64,000 bases of DNA from an uncultured Planctomycetaceae bacterium (lineage in GTDB: Bacteria > Planctomycetota > Planctomycetia > Isosphaerales > Isosphaeraceae): NCBI GenBank assembly GCA_963833985.1, contig CAWIAD010000002.1, positions 3,872,001 to 3,936,000 of the forward strand. The letters run 5' to 3'. Positions 18,762-31,502 of the stretch are shown here, one piece after another (the first letter of the stretch is position 1; every line of letters starts with the position of its first letter). The notes under the pieces were generated by a model. That model searched no databases, was not told where the DNA came from, and saw only the letters and a program-made list of their open reading frames with translations. A program made the position numbers and the translations under genes.

Positions 18762-21700
18762 GTGATGACCAATCCCGTTTCCCTGTCCCGGCGGCTCCGC
18801 GCCGGGCTCGTCCTGGTGCTTGCCCCGCTCTGCAACGGCGCGGCCGGCCAGCCGCGTGAGATCGCCGCGGGCAGCGACCGCCTTTTGATCGCGCCTGGCG
18901 AGGTCCGAACATGGCCGCTCGGCGAGCTGGCGTGCGGGCAGACCTACCGGATCCTGGCCTGGGTTGATCAGGCTCCGCTCGATGCCGGCGAACGTGTCCG
19001 CGTCGAGATCCGTGGCGCGAGCCTTGAACCGATGAGCAAGTGGCTGCACGCCGGTGATCCGGACCTGCTGCTCTGCATCCGCCCCTCCGGAACCGGTGTC
19101 GCCAGCCTCTCCCTTTCGCGCGATGCGCTCTCCGGCCGGTTGCCTGTCGCAGTGCGGATCGACTGCCAATCACTGGCGCTGGGCACATCGGACCGCGCCG
19201 CAGTGGAGGCCGAGCCCAACAATACCTGGCGAGATGCGAACCCTCTGGTCCTCGGCCGCGACGTCTACGGCACCGCGGACGACGTGGATTACCTGGAGAA
19301 CCGAGACGAGGGCAAACAGGGGCTCGACTGGTTCCGCTTCGAGGTTCAGGGTCCCGATCACATCCTCGTCGACTTCGAGCTCGAGCTGCTCGACCGGGAT
19401 GTCTCGGCCAACCTGGCGGTTTACACCCTGAACCCCGCCAGCGGCGTGCCGGAACCTTATCTTGCGGGGAAGGATCCCATGGAGGTGATCCACGACCGCG
19501 AGCGCGCTGCGCTATTCCAAGCACATCACGCGAACCTTCACCCGGGGCACATTCTATCTCGAGGTCAATGCCAACCACCCTGCCTACATCCTCCGCACGC
19601 GGGTCTTGCCGGTGCCGCCCTACGATGACCCCGGCCGGGCCGTCGAGGTGGGGGCGAACTACCTCGTGAACACTGGCGACGCCTGGTTCGCGCAGGTGCC
19701 TCGCGCGGGGAATATCTTCATTCGTGGCGACAATATCCACGACACCGGCACGCGCTGCACCGGATGCCACGCCGCCAGCTTCCCGGCCGAGGCCAGCCTG
19801 GCGGCCCATCGTCAAGGCTACCCCATCGCGTCAAAGCCGGAGCTCCAGTACCTCATCGATCGCCTGTCCAGCTCGGTCACGCCGCTCCCTGGCGATCTCG
19901 GCCTGTACTGGCAGCGCTTCATCGCCACTCCGCTTGTGGCACAGGGCCAGCAAGGAGGAATTCTGGCGGACTTCGAGCACCAGGTGACGGGCCGCCAGAG
20001 CCCCATCCTGGAGCGGTTCGGGCCGTTCTTGAAAACCGCGTGGGAGAACCGGCGCGATCTGCCTGCGGATGAGGCCAACGGTGTCATTCCGCTGGAGAGC
20101 AAGTTCGAGCTGGCCTGGCGCGGCTGGCGGGTTCTCTCCGAGTCTCGCGCGACGGACGGGCGATCCGAACGATGCACGAGCGGCGGACAATATCGCGCGC
20201 ATCCTGGGCGAGCGCAAGACCGACCTGCGCAGCGAGAACCTTCAGGACCGCATTCACCGGCTGCACTGCTGGAGGCTGATCGACCCGAACCGGTTTGCCA
20301 ACAAGATCAAGCGCGAGACAGCGCCCTGCTGTCGCTCCAGAACCCCGACGGCGGCTGGCACGAGTCCGACGCCGGCCCCGGCCCAAGCGCGGTCTACGTC
20401 ACGGGTCAGCTCGTGGACGTCTTCCTTCAGATTGGCCTGCCACGCGACCACCCGGCCATTGTCCGGGCACTCCGCTACTTGCTCCAGCAGCAGCAGGACT
20501 TCGGCGGCTGGTTCCAGGACACCACGCACGAAACCTTCCGCACCCCCATGCGCGAAACGCGGCACGCCGTCATGGCGCTGGCGCGGGCTTTCCCGCGCGG
20601 CGCCGCGCCCTTGACTTCCTGGGGCAACCGCGACAACGGCCCGGCCCGGCTCCCCCGTACGGATTCGCTGGTGCACACCCTCGACGACCTGGAGAACCTC
20701 TGGGACGTTCCAGCGGCCGATCAGCCGCGCTACGCCAACACGATTGCCCGCTTGCTCGCCGATGCCGAGCCCCTGGTGCGCGCAACGGCCGCAGCCTGCC
20801 TGGGACGGCTCAATTGCAAGCAGGCCGCCGCTCCGCTCGTCCGCGCGCTGGCCGATCCCTCCAAGGTCGTCTGGCGGTCGGCGGCCTGGGCGCTGCGGCA
20901 CCTGGGCAATCAGGGGATCGGCGTGGAAGCCATCAAGCAGGCCCTGGACGATGCGGATCCGCGGATCCGCCGTGGAGCGGTGCGGGTCTTCGCGTACCAG
21001 TTCCAGGCCCTGGACCAGCGCGTTGACCTGGCGGCAAAGCTGATCGAACGCACGGCCGACGCGGACCTCTGGACCCGGCTCCAGGCCATCCGCAGCCTGC
21101 GGCAGTGGTTCTACCGCACGAGTGATGCCGGACTGCAACGCAAGATCATTGACGCTTACCTCGCGCGCATGGCCGAGCCGGACGTTCCGGTGCTGCGCAA
21201 GAACCTCAGCGAGGGGCTGTACATCATGTTCGATGAGAACCTGGGCGGTGGCATCAGCCTCCAGAAGAACATCGCCGAGCTTCCCGAGGCGCTGCGGCCG
21301 CGCGTGCTGGAGGGTCGCAAACGGCTGGAGCGAACTGTGCTCATTGGCCCCATCCTGGTCGCCCTGGAGCACGGCAACCTGCTCCAGCGCACTGCGGTGT
21401 TGCAGGCGTTCGATGGCTCGTTCCTCCCTGGCCGCAGCTACGCCCGGCAGCCCGAGAATGCGGTCGACATCGGCAATGACCGCGAGTTCGGCTTCCTGGA
21501 CGAGCCTCCCCTGGACCAGCTCGAGCGCACCTTCACCGCGCTCTTCGCGGCCGGCCTTCCCCCGCGGGCCAGGCGCCAGGCCATCCAGCTTTGCAGCTTC
21601 TTCAAGGTCCCGCAGAGGACGAGCACCCCCGCCATCCAGGCGTTCCTGCTCGCCGCGCTGGGGGACGAGGACCCTGGCGTTCGATCTGCGGCCGCGAATG

Positions 21701-22927
21701 TCGTGGGCCGGGAGCTGAGCCTCGAGGGAGTGGCCGGCGACGCGGAACGAACCGGGCGGATCGCCCGCATTCTCAATCATCCGCCAGCACCGGAGGCCCG
21801 TGCCGCGGTCATCGCCGCGCTCGGCCGCGACAGCCGCCTGGCCGATACGCCCGCCATCAAGATCGCGGTGCGCGGGTCGCTGCTGCGCGAGCAAAGCGCG
21901 GGCGGACTGCTCGCGTGGCTCGACCGGCCCGGGCTGGCCGACGAGGATCGCCTCACTCTGATCGATCAGGCCTGGAGCCGCTTTACGGCCCGGGAGCGAA
22001 TCGCGGCCCTCGATTCTCTGTTCGCCCGCCCGCAGCTCCTGGGCTCTGCCGGGCCCGGGAATCACGTACTCGAGCTGCTCGGCCATGCGGCCGCCGATCC
22101 CTCGGCGACGGTCCGCGAGCGCTTGTTCCAGGGACTCGGCAACTTGCCGACGCTGGGGTCGAGCCCGCAGGCCGCTCGTTTGCTGCTCGCGGCGCTGGCC
22201 GATGACGCTCCGGCCATCCGCAGGCTGGGCCTGGCGCGGACGGCCTCGCGCTCCTCGTTCTGGGACCGGCCCGACGCCCGCGAGTACCTCACGCGCCTGC
22301 TCGTCGACCCCGACGCCGCGGTGCGCTCGGACGCCCTGGACGTGGTGAAGCACCAGCGCCTGGTGGCCAGGTTTCCCGCGCTGGCGAACCGTGTGCGGGC
22401 CCTGGCCGACGACCCGGCGCTGGCGGCACGTGCCGAGGCCGTCATCCGAGCCGCCGGCATGGACCCGGCCGTCATGCACGCGGACGTCTCTCTGCTCAGG
22501 CCCGGAAGTCCTAGCCTGGAGGTCTTCGCGCGCACGGTGAACCCGCTGTTTTACGAGCCCGGCGAGGATTCGTACTCCTGTGCCCGCTGCCACGCGAACC
22601 ACACGATCCTGCGGATCGTGGAAGCGAAACCGGCCGGCGGGCTCACCCAGGAGCAAATCCTGGTCAACTACCACTCAGCGCCTCAAGGTGCTGAACCTGG
22701 GCAAGCCGGAATCCAGCCTGATCCTGCGCAAGCCGCTCAGCCCGCACGGCCAGGGCGGAACCGACCCCGCCAGCCCGACCGGTCTGACTCACGTGGGCGG
22801 CCCGCGCTGGGACAGCACCGACCACCCCGCATACAGGGCCATCCTCGACTGGATTCGCGCAGCGACACCCGTCTCCGGAGCAGCGCCGAACCGTGACCGC
22901 GAGGGGCCCGCTCACCGCGGCCCATGA
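18762..22927 (+). CDS. Large secreted multidomain protein: PPC-like + CxxCH + prenyltransferase/squalene-cyclase QW repeats + HEAT repeats + C-terminal cytochrome c-like domain (frameshifts near 19510, 20143, 20322, 22680)
   Basis: EAEPNNT; CTGCH at 19756; LQNPDGGW and QQQDFGGW; HEAT repeats (LADAEPLVRATAA); CARCH at 22579 followed in the next frame by PESSLILRKP...HVGG. Confidence 0.7.
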
Positions 22928-22971
22928 TGGAGCCGCGTGACCGGCTGACCCGCGGCACTTGCGAAGCATTT

Positions 22972-23015
22972 TCCAACTAATATAGAATATAACTAGTTAG
23001 TAATAAAGCTAACTT
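22972..23015. promoter_or_regulatory. AT-rich intergenic patch with 10-bp palindrome TAACTAGTTA (22990-22999)
   Basis: Strongly AT-rich run in high-GC DNA upstream of the histidine kinase. Confidence 0.35.
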
Positions 23016-23241
23016 CGAGTTTCTCAAGAGAGTCGATTCCCGAGCTCAAGGAAGGAAGCGGATGAATACCTGGCCACCGGACCGCCTGGAGTGGTGATTG
23101 TCCCGCGAGAGCGCGGCGCGCGGGTCCACTACGAATCACGGCGGGGGTTGCCTATACTTAGATCGTATGCAGGTTTGCGTGGGAGTCAGGATCTCGCCCG
23201 ACCCGGTTGAGAGCCCTCTTCCCGAGGAGTGGTCCGAGCCT

Positions 23242-24658
23242 ATGAACGAAGCGGTGGCCGAGCGACGCCGGTGGGATCTTGCCGCGGAATCCATCGTGGT
23301 GAAGATCCGCTGGTTCGGCGTGATCATGGGTTACGTACTGGTGCAAAGCCGCACGGGATTGCACAACCCCTCGGCGGTGCGCGCGTTTCTTGCCTTGGGT
23401 GCCGGTTACGCCGCGCTGGACCTGGCGTTCTGGAGCATGGGCGAGGTATTTCTGAAACGGCTGCCGCTCTTCGTCTCGCTCATGGAGTCGGTCTTCATTG
23501 CGCTGCTTTGCTTTCACGATACGGGATTGAGCAGTCCGTTCCGCTGGTATTATTTACTCTCGCTGATTTGCTGCGCCATCCGCTACGAGCCGAAAGTCGC
23601 GTGGTGGACGCTGGGATTCCATTCGATAAGCCTGGCCGCTCTCGCCTGGTCGCTGGGGTTCGACGCGAGAAGCGGCGCATCCTGGCCGCTCACTCTGGTG
23701 ATCATGGCGTGGGTAACGTGGGCGAGCGCTTCGCTGGCCGGCCTCTTGAAGGCAGCCGGCTTCCAGTTGCAGAGCCTGAACGCTGAGCTGGTGCAGGCGC
23801 GGGCCGAGCTGGTACACCGTGTCGCCGAGCGGACCGACGCACTCCAGACGTCGCAGGCCCGGATGATCCAGCAAGAGAAGATGGCTGCCTTCGGCCTGCT
23901 GGCCGCGGGGATCGCGCACGAGGTGGGAAACCCCCTGGCCGCGCTCAGCTCGCTGGTGCAGATCCTCAAGCGCAGGGGGCCAGACCCTTATACCTCGGAA
24001 AAGCTCGACCTGGCCGACCGCCAGCTCCACAGGATCGAGCGAACCATACGCGAGCTGATCGATTTTTCGAGGCCCGCATCCCGGGCCATCACCCGCACGC
24101 GGCTCTGCGAGGCCGTCGACGAGGCCCTGGGGATCGCCAAGTATTACCAGCGGACCAAGGAGCGGCAGATTTCCACCGAGATCCCGGGGAACCTGCCGCC
24201 GGTACTCGTGGTTCGAGACTACCTGACCCAGGTGATCCTGAACCTGGTGCTCAACGCGATTGACGCGACCGACGACCGCGGTGAGATCCATCTTCGCGCC
24301 ACGGAATCCGACGGCTGGATCGAGCCTCAGCGTGGAGGACAACGGCCGGGGCATCTCGCTGGCGGACCGCTGCCGGCTGTTCCAGCCCTTCTTCACGACG
24401 AAGCGGCATGGCACGGGACTGGGCCTGTTCGTCAGCCGCCAGATCCTCCAGGAATTCGCGGCGACGCTGACCTTCCACTCGGAGCCGGGACGCGGCTCGA
24501 CATTCATGATCCGCATCCCCTGGGAACCATTCCCGACCGCGCCGGCGGTCGGCCCCGGAGCCGGTCCAGGCGAAGCGGCCAGTGCATCGCAGGCTGACTC
24601 GGGGCAGCCGGAGAAGTCGGGCCGCCATGCCCTGGTGGCCGCGATCCTTGACCTCTGA
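23242..24658 (+). CDS. Membrane sensor histidine kinase, NtrB-type (frameshift near 24325)
   Basis: About 6 TMs; AAGIAHEVGNPL H-box, NLVLNAIDA N-box; DNGRGI, PFFTTK, GTGLGL in the second frame. Confidence 0.9.
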
Positions 24659-24738
24659 CCGCTGACCCGCTCGGCCTTGTAAGGTAGGCAGAGCCACCCG
24701 CGGCTCGCCGGGACACCCCCTGGAACCGAGACACCTCG

Positions 24739-26162
24739 ATGAGCATGGCGCCGCGGCAGGAAAGCACGACCACGAAGGAAGCCGAGATCCGAGAACCGCG
24801 CGGCCGGGTCCTGATCGTCGATGACGAGGAAGTCATTGCACTGACGCTCAGGGAGTTCCTCCTGGAGGAACGTTACGAGGTCGCAACCGCCATGAGCATG
24901 CCCCAGGCGCTGGGGCTCGTGGCATCGTTCGAGCCCGATGTCGTGCTCTGCGATATTCAGCTCCCCGGTGGCGACGGTCTGACTCTGCTGGACCGTTCGC
25001 TCAAGCTTCGGCCCGAAACGCTCTTCATCATGATCACGGCCTATGCCACAGTGGAGAACGCGGTCGCCGCGTTCCAGCGTGGGGCCCACGATTACCTGAT
25101 GAAGCCGGTGATGTTCGACGAGCTCCTTGCCAAGATCGACCGGCTCATGAGATATCGTCGCCTGCTGCTGGAGAACCAGGCGCTCCGTCGCCAGTTTCAC
25201 GCGCGTGAAGACCTGATGACGCTGGTCGGCAGCAGCCCCGGCATGCAATCCGTGAAAACCCTGATACGCAAGGTGGGCCCCACGCGGAGCACCGTTTTGA
25301 TCACCGGGGAATCGGGAACCGGCAAGGAGCTGGTGGCCCGTGCCCTGCACACCTGCGGGTCTGAGCCGGAGTCCGTATTCCTGGCCATCAATGGTGCGGC
25401 AATTCCTCACGACCTGCTGGAAAACCAGCTCTTCGGCCATGTCCGGGCGCCTTCACCGGCGCCGACCGAGACCACGCGGGGCTGTTCGTGGCCGCGGGAC
25501 GAGGGACCGTGTTCCTCGACGAGATCGGCGAGCTGGGCAAGTCGACCCAGGCCAAGCTGCTGCGTGCCATCGAGAACAAGGAGGTCTTGCCAGTCGGCGC
25601 CAACCGGCCTGTCTCGTTCCAGGCCCGGCTGGTGACGGCCACGAACAAGGACCTGCCGGCCGAGGTCTCCGCCGGCAGGTTCCGTGAAGATCTGTATTAT
25701 CGTTTGAACGTGGTATCAATTCATCTCCCGCCCTTGCGCGACCGCCGCGAGGACATTCCGGAACTGGTCTCCGTATTGCTTGCCAAGCACGCCGCTCGGC
25801 TGGGAAAGCACGTCCAGGGCGTGGACAACGCCACCGTTCGCGGGCTGATGGCGGCCGCCTGGAAAGGGAACGTCCGCGAGCTCGACAACGCGCTGGAACG
25901 TGCCCTGATCCTGGGAGATGGACTGATACTCACTCCCGACGATTTTCCCCCCGGTCTGATGCCGGAAGCCGAGGCCGAGAGCGGCGGTGCCGGCCGGGAT
26001 CATCTCCGGACCGCTCTGCGCGATTACGAGCGGCAGCACATCCTGCGCGTGCTCAAGGAGTGTGGCGACGACAAGCGCGAGGCGGCTCGCCGCCTGGGAC
26101 TGGGCCTCTCCTCGCTTTATCGCAAGCTCGACGAACTGGAGTCTCGCCCCACCCTCCTTTAG
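24739..26162 (+). CDS. Sigma54-dependent response regulator, NtrC/AtoC family (frameshift near 25448)
   Basis: REC domain; GESGTGKE; GAFTGA split by a missing G; FLDEIG; FREDLYYRL; GNVREL; Fis-type HTH. Confidence 0.92.
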
Positions 26163-26339
26163 CCGCCTTACCGGGCCGACCATGGAGAGTGGAGAGCTGG
26201 TCGCCCCTGATGCGCGGCCGGTACCGATTGACGAACCATCGTTCGCGAATCCATGATGAAATCCAGATGAAGGCCGTGCGTTCCGTGCTTCCGCTCTGAC
26301 CGCTGCCTCAGGTAGGGTCGAACCCGGCGGGCGACACTC

Positions 26340-27033
26340 ATGCGCTGCACTCGATGTGATGGCCTGGCTGTTCCGCAGGCCGTGGGAATCGCCCCCGACG
26401 GACGGGTCGTCTTCGGCTGGTGCCTGCAATGCCTGGCCGATTCAGACTGCCGGCTGGTGGAGGTGCCCGCTACCGGAATGATCCATCTCCGGCATGCACT
26501 GCCGGGCAGCGGACAGGTCGGAAAGGCTGCGCACTGCGAACCTCGCGGCCAGCGCGGACCAGTCTTGCTGGGTCGTCGCCGTCATCGCGTTCTTGCTGAT
26601 GAGCTGGGGCCTGATCTTGCTGGCCGCCGGTCTCTTCAGCGCGGCAGCCGCCACCCCGGCGGCCAGCCCCCTGGGAAACGGCACGCCCGCAATGCTGAAG
26701 ATTGGCGGCGTGGCTACCACCTTGATGGGCCTGGTTCTCACGGTGGTCCTGTGGCGGGCGAAATGGCCTTCCGGCTCACTTCTTCTGGGTCTCGTCCGGT
26801 GGTTCTCGCTGCTGGCAGGACTGGGGATCCTGATTTACGGCTTCATCGATTTTCAGCCCGGGCGCCGGCTCGCGGTTCTATCGAGCAGTGGCCTGGCCCT
26901 GGGAATCGCGCTGTTGACACGATGGCTGGCGCGTTCCATACCGGACAGGACCGATCCGGCCGCACCTCTGCTTTCCAGAAGGCCGGTCACGGCCGAGGAC
27001 AGGTCAGGAGCCGGTCACTCGCGACGCTCGTGA
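26340..27033 (+). CDS. Hypothetical membrane protein with N-terminal CxxC...CxxC zinc finger (frameshift near 26500)
   Basis: MRCTRC...GWCLQC in one frame; 4 TMs in overlapping ORF 26494-27033. Confidence 0.55.
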
Positions 27034-27074
27034 GCACGACTGTACCGTGATCAAGTCAGCGTGACCTTCCCGGA

Positions 27075-30000
27075 TCAATGCGCCACGGCCGGGTCCTTCA
27101 CCTCGCCTGCATCGTGCCAGCCAAGCCCGAGAGTGCCGAGTTGCTGCCGCAACAGCGCGAGATCGCACATTCGTACCGCGCGCTCCATGGGAATGAGAAT
27201 CCCGAGGTAGCGCCCATCCGGGCTGAAGTGGATCGTGCTGGCTGTGCGATTGACGCGCGGATTGATGCGCCAGAGTTCGGTGAGCCCCTCCTGGCCCACT
27301 TGCCACAGCATGGTCGAGTGATCTCGCGAACAGGTGGCGAGGTACTGGCCGCTGGGATGGAAAATAAGCTCGGTGATCGTCTCGGCGTGGGCCTGGGTAT
27401 GAAACAGGAGGAGGCCATCCTCGAGCCGAACCACGTCCAGGCCTCCATGCTGCGTTCCGCATGCCAGAACGGTCTGCTTGGGGCTGATGGCCGCGATGCG
27501 GACTGGCCCGCTGGCCTGCGCGGTATGGTCAATACGGCCGTCGCTGGCACGGAGGATGATCAGCTCCCCCGTCTCGGTCGCCGCGGCGATCCAGGAACTG
27601 CCGGCCGCAATGCAGAGGAGGGCTGGCCGTGCACCACCCCTGGCCCCCGCGGGAACGGTCCATGACGACTCGGGCACGAGGTCCCAGAATCGCCAGCAAG
27701 TGACGCGGTTGCCCTGGACGATTCCCCACAGCCATCGTCCGTCCGGCGCGAAGCAGACGGGTGTTGTCGAGCCGATGCACTGGGCGACGTGTCCGGCGTC
27801 CTGGCCGTCGACGGCCACCACCAGGAGCCGGTCGCCAGCCTGGATCAACACCTGGCGACGGCCCGGAAGCGCCGTCAACTGAATACGCTGGACCGAGCCT
27901 GGCTGGTCCATGTTCAAAGCCAGAGACCGGACCGGGTCTGTCGCGGGTCCGCTCCAGAGCTCCAGGTTCACCGAGCGCAGGGACGAGGAAGTCACCTGGT
28001 CACGGATCGCGACGATCTCCGGACCGATCGAGGGATCGACCGAAGAAAGAAACTCGAAATCGTGAATGACCTCTCGCCCGATCGCCTTGACCGTGGTGAC
28101 ATCACGCCCGAGCAAATCGTAGAGTTGCACGCCGGCACTCGTGCCCACGGCCAGCAGGTGGCCCGCCGGATGGAATACGGGGAAAACCCCGGATTCCGAG
28201 CTCACAGGCAGGCGCAGGAGCAACCGCTGCGCGGCAACGTCCCAGAGCTTGACGGTCTGATCGAGTGCGCCAGAGACGACCAGGCTGCCATCGGGGCTGA
28301 ACTCGACGTGACAGCAGGCGTCTTCATGGGCCACCCCGAGTTCCGGGTCGATCATGCCGGCGCGCGACGGCGGCCCGCCGATGCTGAGCGTCCCCGATCC
28401 GTCGCAGCCCAGGGCAAAACTCTTTCCGTTCTTCGAGACGGCAACTCGGCACGGCTTGCAGAGGTTCGCCACGGCCGCCTGCGGAAACGGGTCGGCCCGC
28501 GTGGATCCATCCGCGTTCAGGCAGGTCATTCCAGAGGCCCCACCGCAGGCCGCGACGGTGCCGTCTCGATTGACGGCCAGCTCGTCGAGCCGGCCGTCGA
28601 GCCGCCGGGAACGAAGCGCGCGCCAGGTTCCGCTTGCGTCCACGTGATGGAAGACCACCGTGCCGTCGCTCCAGCCACAGGCCAGCGATGGCGGACGCGA
28701 GACGAAGCCCAGGCCAACCACCGCACCGCCTGGGTGAGGGACCACCCTCGGGTGCGGAGAATTCAGCGGATCGTTCCAGACCACGAGCGAACCGTCCCTC
28801 GATCCCGCGGCCAGCCAGCGGCCGTCCGGGCTGAAGGCCAGCGCCGAGACGCCCGAGGCATTGTCCCCGGCCTCCGCAGGCATGAGCAGCTCAAGTGCAA
28901 TCCGCGTGGTTCTGGTGTCGATGATCTGGACCCGGCTTGAAGGACTGCCCGAGCGTTCGCCGGCCGCCAGCCAGCGGCCGTCCGCACTGAAGCACAGGCA
29001 GGAGACGTCGAACAGGGGGATTGTCTGGCGCAACCGCAGGTCCACTTCACCCAGGCAGGTCACGGCCAGGCTGCGCAGAGTGGCGACGGACCGCAGAGGG
29101 GTGGCGATCCGCCGGGCCTGGACAATCTGGTCCAGGCCCGCGGCCACCCATCCTGGCTGGCGGATGAGAACCTGTTCACGCGCGGTCTTCTCGGCCGAGG
29201 CGTAAGCGAGCGATTTCAGCTCGGCGTCGCGTAGCTCGGACCAGTGCCAGACCGCCGTGGCCGACGCGATGCCGCAGAGCGCGGCGGTCAGCAGCATGAG
29301 CAGCAAGAGCCTGTGCCGGCCCAGCCAGCGGACTGCACGCGTCGACCGCGGCTCAAGATAGGCGTCGACCGTGGCGTCTGCCAGCCAGTGTTCGATGTCA
29401 TCGGCGAGCCCATGCGCTGAACCGTAGCGGTCTTCGGGCCGCACGCTCATCGCCCGCATGCAAATTGCGTCAAGTGCCGCGGGCGTATCCGCGTTGAGCT
29501 TTCTGGGAAGCACGACGTGGCCGCGCTCCACTCGCTGCATGACCTGGGCGACGGTCGCGCCGGTAAACGGCAGCTTACCGGTGAGGAGGACGTAGAGGGT
29601 CGCCCCCAGGCTGAAGACATCGCTGGCGGGTCCAACCCGCGGCCAGTCGCCGGCCTGCTGTTCGGGGCTGGCGAAACCCAGGGTACCAATTCCTGTCTCG
29701 GTACTCGAGCTCACCGCCGGCGCCATCGGCCGAGGGATGCCGGGGCGAGCAAGGTGTGATCTCGTGGTCGCCGTAGCGCTTGGTCAGGCCCCAGTCCACC
29801 ACGAGGGTCACATCGAAGTCCCCCAGCAGGATATGCTCGGGCTTGAGGTCGCGGTGCAGGAATCCCCGGCTATGTGCGTAAGCCACCGTCACGCAGGCCG
29901 ACCTGAACCGCTGTAGCAGGGAGCGGAACTCGGCGTCCCGCCGGAGCGGCACGCGCAAGGGCAGCGATCGGGCCTGGCGGGCCGCGTGGTATTCGGCGAT

Positions 30001-30549
30001 GGCCGCCTTCAACGTCTTCCCCGTGACAAACCGCATGGCGTAGCAGAGCCGGCCCCCGGCATCCTGTCCCAGGCCATGCACCGGCACGATTCCGGGATGT
30101 TCCAGCGAGGCCGTCACCGCGACCTCGCGCAAGAACCGCAGCCGCAGCTCACCGGCCGCGAACGTGCTGCTCGATTCCCCGGGGAACTTCAAGGCCAGGT
30201 CGCGTCCCAGACGGTAGTCGCGCGCCTTGAAAACCGTACCCAGGCCCCCCCGAGCATGGAATTTCAGGTTCTCCAGCCTCATGGTGACGACCGCGGATCC
30301 GGGATCACCGGATGGTTCCGGCACGCGCCGGGGCAGGTCTCCCGTGGATGTGTCGGCCAGAGCGTTCCAGTGCTGCAAGGCCTGGATCCTTCGCTTCACC
30401 TCGGCCAGCAGGTCCGGGCATTCGCGGCAAAGCTCGGCCGGATCGATATCCTCCCCGCGATCCCTCGCCTCGTCCCAGAGCGTGATGACCTCATCGATCC
30501 GCTCCTGGACCGGGTCCTCGTCTGAGGGCTGGCTCGATGCTTCGGGCAC
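27075..30549 (-). CDS. Hanks-type Ser/Thr kinase with TM and WD40 beta-propellers (frameshift near 29725)
   Basis: GTG 30549 after GAGGTG; ARGGLGTVF, LALK, HRDLKPEH, DWGL, GTLGFASPEQ, SDVFSLG; many FSPDG/WD repeats. Confidence 0.9.
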
Positions 30550-30559
30550 GCTGCACCTC

Positions 30560-31213
30560 TCAGATCCCCGGCAGCCGGCCTTCCAGGGCGTCGTAGATCG
30601 CCAGCCGGGCGGAGTTCCAGCGTGTGCGGATCGTACGCACACTGACGGCCTGCACGCGGGCCACCTGGCCCTGGGTCATGCCGTGGTACCAGATCAGGTC
30701 GAACACCTCGCGCTGGGGTTCCGGTAGCCGGGCAGCCACCTCGTGAAATTCCGTCCATTGATCGAGGTGCGTTATGCTCTCACGGGACGACAGCCGTCCC
30801 GGGTTGGGGGCGTGGCGGATCATGATGGTCTCCTCCTCCACGGCCGACAGGTCCGGCTCATCGCTCGCCAGTGTGAGGAGGTAGGGCCGGCTGCGGTAAT
30901 GACGGGCGAGGTTCAGCAGCTCGCGACGGATCTGCGCCGCGGAAAGCCGGATCAGGTCGCGCGTGCTCCCCGGCGATACTGCCCGCAGCGCCGCCGAGAG
31001 CCTGAGAACGGCGTTCTGAAAGACGTCGTCGGTTTGCTCGCACCGGTGCACCAGCGGGTATTCGCGGATCATCTTCTGCGTCATTGCCCGGAGCCGGCGC
31101 TCGAACCGGACGAGCAGCTCGTTGAGCGCGTCTTGATCACCCGCATGAAGCCGCTCCAGCCACATGTGGATCATGGCGGTCTCACCCGGAATCGTTACGT
31201 CTTCCTTTCCCAT
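30560..31213 (-). CDS. ECF sigma-70 factor, kinase-associated planctomycete type
   Basis: AGDQDALNELL...EQTDDVFQ (region 2); LPEPQREVFDL..YHGMTQ..VA...VSVRTIRTRW (region 4). Start may be further downstream. Confidence 0.9.
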   Translation of the reverse strand: MGKEDVTIPGETAMIHMWLERLHAGDQDALNELLVRFERRLRAMTQKMIREYPLVHRCEQTDDVFQNAVLRLSAALRAVSPGSTRDLIRLSAAQIRRELLNLARHYRSRPYLLTLASDEPDLSAVEEETIMIRHAPNPGRLSSRESITHLDQWTEFHEVAARLPEPQREVFDLIWYHGMTQGQVARVQAVSVRTIRTRWNSARLAIYDALEGRLPGI

Positions 31214-31502
31214 CCGGCTCGCCTCGGCGGACGTCGTCGTAGGTCATCTCCGGCCGAGTTCGCAGGCCGCGTCCATACCGCGGCCGCTTCCGACCTGCCC
31301 GCGCCATCTGGCTCGCGCCCCGATCCAGCACGGATCGGCAATTGTCAGGCTCAAGGAACCTATGCCCTATAAGAACATTCGGCGCCGACGATTTCCAAAA
31401 AAAAATCGCGGTTCGCTTCCTCTCGGGCACTTGCGCGGGGCTTGGTCTTCCTGGAGAGCGCGATCTGCATGCGCCCGAGCGCGCGCCGGAAGAGAACCAC
31501 TG

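Noticed and set aside
19606..20600. Second squalene-hopene cyclase
   Set aside because: It has QW-like repeats but no DXDD motif, and it sits within an exported HEAT protein.
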